DNA of 64,000 nucleotides from a virus. Lineage: Duplodnaviria; Caudoviricetes. The notes under the pieces are model-generated. The model was not told where the DNA came from and made no database searches. It was given only the letters and a program-made list of their open reading frames with translations. Position numbers and translations under genes: made by a program. Positions 17,890 to 26,676 of the stretch are shown in pieces; the stretch's first letter is position 1; every line of letters starts with the position of its first letter. Location of the stretch: positions 32,001-96,000 of the IMG/VR virus record IMGVR_UViG_3300017585_000267; one strand, written 5' to 3'.

Positions 17890-18400
17890 GCCTTAGACTA
17901 CTAGTGAAAGTCTACACACCCCCCGAAGGTATGCGACACGACAAGTAAGGGGAGAAGGTGGCTGGTAAGGGAGGCAGATGTGACTGATACAGAATACGTT
18001 ACAGAAACAAGCTGCAAACATATCCCTGAGATATTGCTGCCAAGGGCAAAAAGGTTCTTTGATATAAGCATGGTCCGTTGCTGATGCACTCTAGAGACGC
18101 TGAGGGAAAAACGGGATCGAGATAAAGACCATTAGGTGTAATAACCCGCCCATGTGAAGTTCAAGGAATAAGCTGAAACCCAATGGGTTCAGAAAGGGAG
18201 ACGGTTCGTCCCCCTGGGTATACAGGTATCCTCTCTTCAGAGAGGTTCTTAAAAAACAATCTGAATCAACAAGCAACAGTTTCAACATTCTCCCCCGGTG
18301 ATAACACCTACCCAAGAAGAAGAGAGGATGAGCCGGGGGGCCTATTGTCATAACCCTGGTGAAACGTCCTTCAAGGTAGGTTTCAATCTCGAGACTAACT
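17890..18400 (+). ncRNA. putative ncRNA 1 (3' end uncertain)
   Basis: Downstream of a consensus promoter, no credible ORF; shares GGCTGGTA and AAACATATCCCTG with ncRNA 2. Confidence 0.35.
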
Positions 18401-18446
18401 CACTGATACTCAATAAATTATAACTACTATTAGTGATAGTTGAAAG

Positions 18447-18622
18447 TTAATATGGTACTTTCGGCTTAACGAATGTGCCATATTGCCATTTACTAATGTG
18501 GCATATTCCTTAAGGTGAATACCCCATGTAGGTTGTTTAAGCATTTTTCAATACCCCGACTCACGAATGTGCCATACTCGTCACGTCGACTTTGCCACTT
18601 AGGAGTTCACGAATATGGCACT
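18447..18622. repeat. iteron-like array, consensus GAATRTGSCAY, 23-bp spacing
   Basis: Copies start at 18449, 18472, 18495, 18518, 18566, 18589 and 18612. Confidence 0.75.
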
Positions 18623-18725
18623 TAAGTCGATGACGCCTAATTTTGGCCAAAATCATCCGATTTTTATCGACATAAAGGATTCACTTAGGAATTCCCCCTC
18701 CCCTGGATGGATTCCATGCCGCATA

Positions 18726-19338
18726 TACCTATTATATATAGGAGTCCCCGGGCAGGGACATCATACGGCTGGGGCGGGAGCCCAGGGTGGTGGCGAATAA
18801 TCCCCCCACAGGGTTTCGTCCTCCATGTCGCCCATACCTATTATATATATAGGCATGAAATTCCATCTACTCCTATTATATATATAGGAGTCCCGGTTAC
18901 GGCCAAACCCAAGCTACACCTATTATATATATAGGAGTCACAGGCCGGCCACTCCTATTATATATAGGTACAGGTCCCAGGTTATACCTATAATATATAT
19001 AGGTGCGGTGTCGTGGCTATACCTATAATATATATAGGAGTGTCGGCATCCATGTCCCGGTCCATATACTTATATTATATATATAGGAGTGGGACTGCCA
19101 CTACACCTATTATATATGGGGCCACAGCCCTGCCCACTCTTCATGGTCATGGAGTCCAGGCCATACCTATTATATATAGGGATTCCTGGCCAGGCGATAC
19201 ACCTATTATATATAGGAGTGCCGGGCTTCCCATACCTATAATATATATATAGGTATCCAGGCCATGGTCGAACCCGGACTACACCTATTATATATATAGG
19301 TGTGTCAGGTCGGCCATACCTATTATATATATAGGCAT
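18726..19338. repeat. array of 14 imperfect palindromes CCTAT(T/A)ATATA(TA)nGG with unique GC-rich spacers
   Basis: Cores at 18728, 18837, 18872, 18919, 18954, 18987, 19022, ~19069, 19106, 19166, 19202, 19235, 19284, 19319. Confidence 0.9.
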
Positions 19339-19379
19339 GGGACCATGCCGTCGCCTGTAGTGGAAAATCAAAAAAAGAC

Positions 19380-19413
19380 TTGCAGGATTGAAGAATCCTT
19401 CCTATATTTGCGG
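19380..19413 (+). promoter_or_regulatory. Bacteroidota sigmaA promoter firing into noncoding DNA
   Basis: TTGC...TATATTTG (19403-19410) followed by CGG, same as 17877. Confidence 0.7.
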
Positions 19414-19414
19414 C

Positions 19415-19750
19415 GACTCTGGGAGGAGCTGCATCCTCAGCCGTGCCGAGCCACCCCCTTACGGAAAGGGTCTAACAGGGCTGGTACAGACATCGGGTCG
19501 AGAATGGGAGCCGTCCCGATACGGAAACATATCCCTGCCTCGTAGCCAACTGCCCCGATACCAGAGAAACCGCAGGTTGCCATGACCCCAGCTCGACACC
19601 ATTGTGCAGCTTATGGAAAAATGGTGTCCACGAACAAACGTGGAGGCAATGCCAGAACCCCAGGCGGGAAACGCAACCGAGCAATGGCGATGAGACTTTG
19701 ACGAGGAGCCAGGGTCTCCAGGCAGGTTTCAGGCGATTTATTTTTTTTTC
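19415..19750 (+). ncRNA. putative ncRNA 2
   Basis: Promoter-led; hairpins ATCGGG/CCCGAT, GACACCAT/ATGGTGTC, CCACG/CGTGG; ends in a T run at ~19737-19749. Confidence 0.4.
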
Positions 19751-20664
19751 GACCTGAGCGTGCCAGGGGGCTCCTTTGCGAAAGAGAGTTCTATTCACTG
19801 ACGTTCATAGAAACTCTTGCCTTTCTTGATTCAGGAGCCCTTCCCCCTCACTCCAGCTCCACACTCCTGGGTACGCAGTTCATAAGTACACAGTTCAGTC
19901 AATCAGCCAATCAGTTGGTTGGTTCAGTTGAAGGAACCCAGGCTGTGGGGAATCAGGGTTCACACAACGGCTCTCCTGGGCAGGTGTGGCTGTGTCGACT
20001 CCCCGGGGGGAGGACCCCCCGGCCCCCCCCGGAAGCGAGTGTGGGTGAATAGACATCTTGTCCGCTACTTGGGTACTGCTGAGGTACTGGTTCGCTTGGA
20101 TGCACCACTTGAAGGGACCAAGGCTGTATGGTGGCGGGGTTCGCCCACTCCTTCCTCCCTGAGGACCCAAGGCTGAGGGCAGTCGCTTCCTGAGTGGACT
20201 CCTGGCTAAGGGTACTATGTTCACTTGGCCCTCTTGGGATGGTCCAGTGGACACCAACCAAGTGGCCACCCCTTGGAAGGGATGTCGCCTTAAGGAACCT
20301 CCTTTAAAGGGACTTCCGGTCATAAGGAAGTGATCCCATGAGGGCTTGGTTGGTTCTGTCCCTCCCCCGGTTAAGGCATATTCCCAGGTGCCACGCCCCT
20401 TGAGGGGACATCCTTAAGGAACTCCCTTGAATGAATCCTGAAGGGAGCCCTGTGAATGAAACCCCCAGGGAACCTCTTGAATGGACTTCACTTGAAGCAG
20501 GCCGCTTCATTCACTCCTTGAGGCCACTATGGGGACTGTCCTTTGGGAGCCTGCATTATTCCCCACCCCTGCCCCATGCCCCCTCCCTGTGAAGCAGTCT
20601 TTGCCGTCACGACCCTTGCAAGTCTGGCCGATGTTCACTAACTTTGTACAAAACCTAATGGCAC

Positions 20665-21096
20665 ATGCGAACTAAGGAAAGATTCTGCTTCATGTACCCA
20701 GACGGGATGTCGAGGCTCCTCAGGGGACGCCTGCTCGACCCGGCAGCCAAGGTCCTCCTGGGGCTCACGGGATACCTCGGGTACAACACCAACGTGGTGA
20801 AGCTCGACCCCATCAGGAGGACCTCGCTGGCTAACTCATGCAGGATACCCAGGACCGCTCTTGACGACGTGCTGGCCGCCCTTGTGGGGGAGGGGGTGCT
20901 GGGGATGCTGGATGGGGACACCTACGTCATGGACAAGTCCCTCTTCTGGAAGGGGGACCTCAACTCAAGGGACGCTCTGAAGATGAAGGACCTCGGGAGG
21001 ACCCTTGCAAGCTCACTCGAAGGAGCCTCCGTCCCGGTGGACCTTCCTGACACGGGAGGCTACTGGCAGCCGGATTCCTCGTTTGAACTCCGGTGA
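20665..21096 (+). CDS. RepL-like replication/maintenance winged-helix protein
   Basis: YNTNVV...L..LV.EGVL...YVM...FWKGD pattern; promoter TAACTTTG at 20639-20646. Confidence 0.7.
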   Translation: MRTKERFCFMYPDGMSRLLRGRLLDPAAKVLLGLTGYLGYNTNVVKLDPIRRTSLANSCRIPRTALDDVLAALVGEGVLGMLDGDTYVMDKSLFWKGDLNSRDALKMKDLGRTLASSLEGASVPVDLPDTGGYWQPDSSFELR

Positions 21097-21191
21097 AAAA
21101 AAATAAGGGAGCGACCCCATAAGGGGCCACTCCCACTGAAAGAAAAAAAACAAGGGACGCAGCCCGCATTGGACTGCATCCCCTGTACTTT

Positions 21192-21473
21192 TTAGGCCTC
21201 GACCCTCACGATGTCATCGCTGCCATCCCTGTGGAGGGTAATGAGCCTCGCCTTGGTGAGGTCCACGGAATCCCCTACGCCCAGGCTGCTCTGGTTGGAA
21301 AGCGGAATGTAGGTCTGCCCACCCGCCTTCATGAAGAAGCACACGGAGCTGCCGTACTGCGAGGCGACCACCTCCGCCGACTTGACGGCATTGATTTCCT
21401 CAGCCTCGAATGCACGGGATCCAGTCACGTTCCAGTTGCCAGCGTAGGTCCGCAAAGAAGAAAAGATGTTCAT
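21192..21473 (-). CDS. 93-aa conserved small protein, paralog 2 of 3
   Basis: High identity to 17123 and 21747; terminator at 21144-21186. Confidence 0.85.
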   Translation of the reverse strand: MNIFSSLRTYAGNWNVTGSRAFEAEEINAVKSAEVVASQYGSSVCFFMKAGGQTYIPLSNQSSLGVGDSVDLTKARLITLHRDGSDDIVRVEA

Positions 21474-21746
21474 GATGTTTGTGATTTAAGTTGTTAATGA
21501 TGAATGTTGACTACGGGAACCCTGTGTTCCCGCAAAAACCCGGGAAGTGTAATGGGGTGGGGGTTCCCTATGGGACGCCGCCTGTGGAATGCCTGCCGAC
21601 GGCGCTCCAACATGCAGACGTCGCTTCAGCCAGCCTTCCCTGTCCCACAAAAGGACGCCGCTCCCACTTGTCGTCGTTGCCGCCAGGCTTTAAAAAAATA
21701 AGGGGAAGAGGCCCGAAGGCCCCTCCCCCATTGCATTGAGACTGGC

Positions 21747-22028
21747 TTATGCCTCGACCCTCAGAATGTCCGCCTCCCCGTCCTTGGAGAGCACGACCAG
21801 CTTGGCCTTTGTGAGGTCTATGGACTGACCCACGGCTGCGGAGGCATCCCTGCTCATCGGTATGAACTTGGAGCCTCCCGCCTTCATCATGAAGCAGCAG
21901 GACGTCCCGTATTGGGACGCCACCACCTCGGCGGACTTCACTGCGTCTATCTCCTCTGCTGAGAAGCCCCTCGTTTCCTTTACGTTCCAGGATGCGGCAT
22001 AGGTCTTGAGTGAATTGAAGATGTTCAT
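21747..22028 (-). CDS. 93-aa conserved small protein, paralog 3 of 3
   Basis: High identity to the other two; terminator at 21692-21729. Confidence 0.85.
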   Translation of the reverse strand: MNIFNSLKTYAASWNVKETRGFSAEEIDAVKSAEVVASQYGTSCCFMMKAGGSKFIPMSRDASAAVGQSIDLTKAKLVVLSKDGEADILRVEA

Positions 22029-22167
22029 AATGTTTGAAACCCACTTACAACTGTGTCTCCACAGAGCCTTAAAGGGTACTGGCTTTTGGTTTACGGAATA
22101 ATGTTTTGGGGAATACCTTATGTAAGGACAGCCTGGGCCTTCCCCTGGACCCAGGCCATCCCGAAAG

Positions 22168-22425
22168 CTACTTCAGGCCAAGCAGGCCGTCGTAAAGTTC
22201 ACCGTCACAGGAGACCCTCATGATTTCAGGGACCCTGGACACCGCAAAGAACGCATAGCTGGAGCCATGGTACGTGCCATTCCTCCTGGCCTCGTAAATC
22301 CTTTGCTTCCTGAGGCACTCGGCCTTGGCCTTCTGCCTTAGGGCAATCCGTTCATCGGTGAACTTGGCGAGGTTAATCCTAACCCCGTCCTTTCGCTCCA
22401 CCTGGAGCAGATAGAACCATCTCAT
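22168..22425 (-). CDS. hypothetical protein
   Basis: 85-aa ORF in the small-gene region. Confidence 0.55.
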   Translation of the reverse strand: MRWFYLLQVERKDGVRINLAKFTDERIALRQKAKAECLRKQRIYEARRNGTYHGSSYAFFAVSRVPEIMRVSCDGELYDGLLGLK

Positions 22426-22426
22426 T

Positions 22427-22525
22427 TCATTTCATGATTAAGGTTATACATAGAGTTATTATCACAAGCAAGAGCGCAACAATCTGCGCCCTTGCCTCCT
22501 TGAGTTTCCTGTAGTCCGACTTCAT
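22427..22525 (-). CDS. 32-aa membrane peptide
   Basis: MKSDYRKLKEARAQIVALLLVIITLCITLIMK, fills the gap between neighbouring genes. Confidence 0.45.
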   Translation of the reverse strand: MKSDYRKLKEARAQIVALLLVIITLCITLIMK

Positions 22526-22527
22526 GC

Positions 22528-22872
22528 CTACACGAACTTTGCGTTGTCAGGCATCCTGTCCTTCCAGCAGTCGGGTATCTCGCCCTGGAACCACAGGTTG
22601 TCACAGGCTACCTCATGTCCGTCATTGAACTTGATGAGGTTCGTGGCTCCGCAGAGCCCGCTTGGGTATCCCTCGGCATGGGGCTTGAGGACGTAATGGG
22701 AGCCATCTATAATGGCGTACCCGTACCGTCCCCTCTCCTTGTCCCATTTCATCTGGTTCCTCCAGTGGTTGCAGGAGAAGCACATCCGGTGTTTCCGGAG
22801 TTCCCTGGCGCAGCTCTCGCGCCATTCTGCGGTGTTTTCGGTGGCACCGCACACCTTGCATTTGAAAATCAT
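22528..22872 (-). CDS. Zn-finger protein
   Basis: CKVC...CFSC and NLWFQGEIP motifs. Confidence 0.75.
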   Translation of the reverse strand: MIFKCKVCGATENTAEWRESCARELRKHRMCFSCNHWRNQMKWDKERGRYGYAIIDGSHYVLKPHAEGYPSGLCGATNLIKFNDGHEVACDNLWFQGEIPDCWKDRMPDNAKFV

Positions 22873-23017
22873 AGCTTTTTAGTTTAATGGTTTATGGTAA
22901 TGTGATACTCCCTGCCCCACTTGGGCAGGATGTATTTCCTGAAGTTGTCAAGGGATTCCCTTGAGCGGAAGCGCAGGTCTCTCACCCAATGGGAACCCCT
23001 CCACAGCGACACTGTAA

Positions 23018-23257
23018 TCATTCCTTGGCTTTCTTCGGGAACGTGCCCCTGTACACCTCACGCGTACAGAAGCCGAAGAACCAGGCCAGCATGCCCATGA
23101 GTACGGCCATGCATAGTCCCAGGGACGGGTTTCCTCCCAGCATCCCCGTGACCAGAAACCTCCAGGCCAACGCCATGAAGTTCAACGTCATGAGGCCGAG
23201 GCACATGATGACTACAATGCCAAAGGTCTTTTTGGTGAATCTGACAATCCTTTTCAT
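23018..23257 (-). CDS. small two-TM membrane protein
   Basis: MKRIVRF... with two hydrophobic segments. Confidence 0.6.
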   Translation of the reverse strand: MKRIVRFTKKTFGIVVIMCLGLMTLNFMALAWRFLVTGMLGGNPSLGLCMAVLMGMLAWFFGFCTREVYRGTFPKKAKE

Positions 23258-23362
23258 CTTTTTACGGTTTAATGGTTTATGGTTTGACTTTGTTTTACTT
23301 CTTCGACTGTCCGTAGTCAAGAAGCGGCATCAGGATGATGCAGAGCAGTATTATCCAGAACA

Positions 23363-23686
23363 TCAGTATGTCCTCCCAAGTTCAGTGTTTATGTAATCCA
23401 TTACGGAGTCCCTCGTCCACCTGAGCGCATGGCCGAACAGCAATGCCGCGTCGAGGTCCTCCTTCCTCATGTGATGAACCTGGCAGTCATCTTCAGAGGC
23501 CGCGTTTATGGAGCTCGCCGACGATACCATCAGCATTCCCCTATAGCCGTCTGAGGGCTTCATCAAGAAGTCCCCGAACTCATTGGTGTACTCTGTTTGT
23601 GCGCCTTCCATGCGTTCAGTCCATGTGTTGAAGTCCATGGTGTCAGTGGCGACTGCGAAAGTGCCGATTAATTGATCGATGTTCAT
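23363..23686 (-). CDS. hypothetical protein
   Basis: 107-aa ORF with an A-rich leader. Confidence 0.65.
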   Translation of the reverse strand: MNIDQLIGTFAVATDTMDFNTWTERMEGAQTEYTNEFGDFLMKPSDGYRGMLMVSSASSINAASEDDCQVHHMRKEDLDAALLFGHALRWTRDSVMDYINTELGRTY

Positions 23687-23732
23687 AACTTTTTTTGGTT
23701 TAAATTGTTTAACTTTGGTTTAATATTAAGGG

Positions 23733-24089
23733 TTAACCTTCAATCAGGAGAATCAGCTGATGATGCTCACTATCCACATCTAGGATGATAAGCCTCCCGT
23801 CCTCAAGGTGAACCAGCAACGTCGGGATGCACAATTCACCCAAATCCCACTGATCGAAACAGTCGAAGTCCGGGTTCCCTTCCGGGGTCAGCATATCTTC
23901 CCCATCCTCCCCATAGAACCCGCTGATGTGTTCCTGCGCCCGTTCCTTGATGTAGGCTACCAAAGACGCAGCGATGCGCCCATCGGGGAATGCAAGTACT
24001 GGTGATTCCCCGTTGGGGTACGTGAATGTGTACCTTGTGGTCTCCAAGATGGAGATTACCTCTGCAAAGCTAATAATCTTTGCTTTCAT
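23733..24089 (-). CDS. hypothetical protein
   Basis: 118-aa acidic ORF. Confidence 0.65.
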   Translation of the reverse strand: MKAKIISFAEVISILETTRYTFTYPNGESPVLAFPDGRIAASLVAYIKERAQEHISGFYGEDGEDMLTPEGNPDFDCFDQWDLGELCIPTLLVHLEDGRLIILDVDSEHHQLILLIEG

Positions 24090-24177
24090 AATTCATCCCT
24101 TTCCACCACACTCGAGCTGAAAGGGTAACGGCTTTAATTGTTATTAATATTTAGCTGTCTTTCGTTTCCAGGCACAG

Positions 24178-24477
24178 CTATTCCTGTTTTACAAGGAATG
24201 ACGGAACACACCATGTTGCGATGTATAGTCTGTCATTCCTCCAGGTAACTGTATCCAACGCTACTCCGTAATCGTATGAACACAGTACCTGGAAGTCCTC
24301 AAGGCTAATGTAGCCTTGTACCCTTATGGAGCTTTCTCCATTTCTGTCAAGCCTCACTTGGGTGTCCACGTGCTCAATGGCATTGAGTACCTCCCGTTAC
24401 TTTATGCCTTTAACCATGTCGGTGAGCTCCGACAGCGTGAGGTCTCTATGATGCCTCACGTCCTTTATTTCTTTCAT
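24178..24477 (-). pseudogene. hypothetical gene interrupted by an in-frame TAA
   Basis: MKEIKD...VKGIK*REVLNAIEHVDTQ... in one frame, stop at 24397-24399. Confidence 0.5.
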
Positions 24478-24541
24478 TGTACTTCATTTGTTCGTTTTCA
24501 ACGAGTTCCTGATACTCATCGAACCGGTCTTCTTCAGTATT

Positions 24542-24778
24542 TTATTTAATAGAAGTTGATAACAGTTCATCATATTCGGGAATCACACAATACTCCGCGA
24601 TTACTCGCACTCTGTCACAGTCATCACCCTCGACGACTTCAATGAGCCTATTTTGCCCGTAGTAGAGCTTCACAAGGGCAAGGCTCCCCAACTGCTCGTA
24701 GAGAGCTACCAAGACCGCATCCACGGTCACCTCCTCGCCATAAGACATAGGCACGAGGACTTTCTCAATTTTCTTCAT
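24542..24778 (-). CDS. hypothetical protein
   Basis: MKKIEKV... with an A-rich leader. Confidence 0.6.
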   Translation of the reverse strand: MKKIEKVLVPMSYGEEVTVDAVLVALYEQLGSLALVKLYYGQNRLIEVVEGDDCDRVRVIAEYCVIPEYDELLSTSIK

Positions 24779-24870
24779 TTTTTTATTATTTATGAATTTG
24801 GGTGAACGTAAACCCCAGTCACCCATTCCAGGGATGTATATATTCTATAATAGGCCTGACTATATCATTC

Positions 24871-25254
24871 CTATGGCCACCCGCTTGTAAAGGGAGCCAG
24901 ATAAGCTTCTACATCCGGCCATACCTTCTTAAGCCCTATGCAGGCATCGAGGAGTAGGGACTCATTATCTATCTCCAAATCCTCCAGGTAATCCTCAATT
25001 CCCCTACGACAGTCCTTCAGAATGAGGTCACCATCAGTCTCATCTTCATAGAGTTCATACACCTCATCCAATTCATTAAAGACAGTAAGCCTGGATTTAC
25101 CATCAACAACCCAGAGCTGAGCCCAGTAGTAACACTTCGCATCCCATGGGCGCAGGTTCAGGATATCTTTCTTGTAGCACCACGGCTGGTTGAACATGAT
25201 AAGGTTTGCGTCGTTCAGGATGTTTCCTACTTCGTCAAGAATTTTGTTGTTCAT
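24871..25254 (-). CDS. hypothetical protein
   Basis: 127-aa acidic ORF, first gene of the leftward arm. Confidence 0.65.
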   Translation of the reverse strand: MNNKILDEVGNILNDANLIMFNQPWCYKKDILNLRPWDAKCYYWAQLWVVDGKSRLTVFNELDEVYELYEDETDGDLILKDCRRGIEDYLEDLEIDNESLLLDACIGLKKVWPDVEAYLAPFTSGWP

Positions 25255-25495
25255 AGCTTTTGCTGTTTTATTCGGCAGGCGTTAGTAATCCAATCGTGGC
25301 AACTGCCTGCCAGCGTTTCCATACTGTGTATGTAGCAGCAGGTAATCCCTGCTGCAAAGCATGGGGAGGGGTACTCCCCCAACCCATCAAACATGGGGGG
25401 ATACGTATATAATAATCACCCCTCTTTATCCCCACGTCCCGTTTTCAAAAATTTCAAAAAATTTTTTTATTTTTGCGGAGTTAAACTTTGTCGAT

Positions 25496-25807
25496 ATGGT
25501 AAGATTCTTTAAGAAAGTCTATGGCTGGATTACCGGCTTCACGGCTGATAAGTACATGCACTTCATCGCGGGCGCCGCCATAGTTGGCTTCCTGTCTGCG
25601 GTGGGCAGCCTGTTCCCCGTTGACTCCGGCATGTTCACCGTGCTCTGCCCGGGCTCCTTCTTTTGGGGCATCGTCGCTAGTTTCCTGAAGGAAATCTATG
25701 ACATTGAGGTCAGGAAGGGCAAGTTCGACGAGGTGAGTATGGCCTTCACTTGCGCAGGCGCCTTCCTACAGTGGATAGCGGTCATCGTCCTCATGAAGTT
25801 TTATTAA
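25496..25807 (+). CDS. small membrane protein (DKxxH type)
   Basis: ADKYMHFIAG...KEIYD motifs with three hydrophobic segments. Confidence 0.7.
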   Translation: MVRFFKKVYGWITGFTADKYMHFIAGAAIVGFLSAVGSLFPVDSGMFTVLCPGSFFWGIVASFLKEIYDIEVRKGKFDEVSMAFTCAGAFLQWIAVIVLMKFY

Positions 25808-25856
25808 TGTCTTTCCCGTCCCTCGTCTTGGGAGATGGGATTCTTTTTCTCCTTGC

Positions 25857-26333
25857 ATGAAGAGGGTAAATAGGGATAGTAGGCTCAAGAGGAAGATGTC
25901 CTCGAAAAGGACTCCCTCGGGGAGGGAGTCCTCCCCTTCCTATATAAGGGAGCACAACGCCTTCATGAGGTCTAAGGCGAACGACTTTTTGCAGCGTATG
26001 GTATGCGAGCCGACCCAGGCCGAGGAGGTGTTCTCACGTCTCCTCAAGGCCTTGGGAGTCTACTTTATCCCCCAGTACCCCATATTCATAAGGAGGGACA
26101 CTGGGCTGATCGAGAGGTTCTACATAGCCGACTTCTACCTTCCCGGGAAGGACCTTGTGGTCGAGATTGACGGGGGCTACCACTCGAAGGACCTCCAGTG
26201 TAGGTACGACTCCTTCAGGACCGAGGACATACGGTCCCATTATCCCAATATGAGGGTGCTCAGGATTGACAACGCCAAGGTGCTTGACCCTGGGGGCCTC
26301 TATGAGTTCGCGAGGGATCTTCTCTCTATATGA
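25857..26333 (+). CDS. DUF559/Vsr-like endonuclease
   Basis: PTQAE, FYIADFY, VVEIDGGYH and VLRIDN motifs. Confidence 0.85.
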   Translation: MKRVNRDSRLKRKMSSKRTPSGRESSPSYIREHNAFMRSKANDFLQRMVCEPTQAEEVFSRLLKALGVYFIPQYPIFIRRDTGLIERFYIADFYLPGKDLVVEIDGGYHSKDLQCRYDSFRTEDIRSHYPNMRVLRIDNAKVLDPGGLYEFARDLLSI

Positions 26334-26574
26334 GGAACGTGAGCAGCAGCTCCCTAAGGAACATCTCCTCCACCGCATCTACGAGCTTGCCCTTATGATC
26401 CCCTTTCCAGGGGCCGTCGGCCTGGCTGGCTATGACGACACTGTCTCCCTCATGCAGTTCCATGAGGTATCTCCTGGAGTCCTTTCCCAGGTCGGACCCC
26501 TTCACTGTCCTCCTCAGCGACAGCCTCTTTCCCGTAAGCTCCCCGAGGGTCTTCACTATGTCTTCCATTTTCAT
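26326..26574 (-). CDS. small hypothetical protein divergent from portal
   Basis: MKMEDIVK... 82 aa; the only non-overlapping part of the long antisense ORF. Confidence 0.45.
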   Translation of the reverse strand: MKMEDIVKTLGELTGKRLSLRRTVKGSDLGKDSRRYLMELHEGDSVVIASQADGPWKGDHKGKLVDAVEEMFLRELLLTFLI

Positions 26575-26676
26575 GACGCTAATATAGGAAAAAATCGCAA
26601 AACTAAGGTTGTCTGTTAAGCAGTTGCAAAACTTTTCCGTCTTTCCTATCTTTGCATGAAATAAGCGTATAAGGAT

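Noticed and set aside
18726-19338. Calling the palindrome array a true CRISPR
   Set aside because: Repeats vary in length, most spacers are short and irregular, and no cas genes or leader are present; kept as an unexplained array
18615-20510. Short ORFs in the repeat/noncoding block (e.g. PIIYI-repeat peptides)
   Set aside because: They are translations of DNA repeats in several frames with atypical composition
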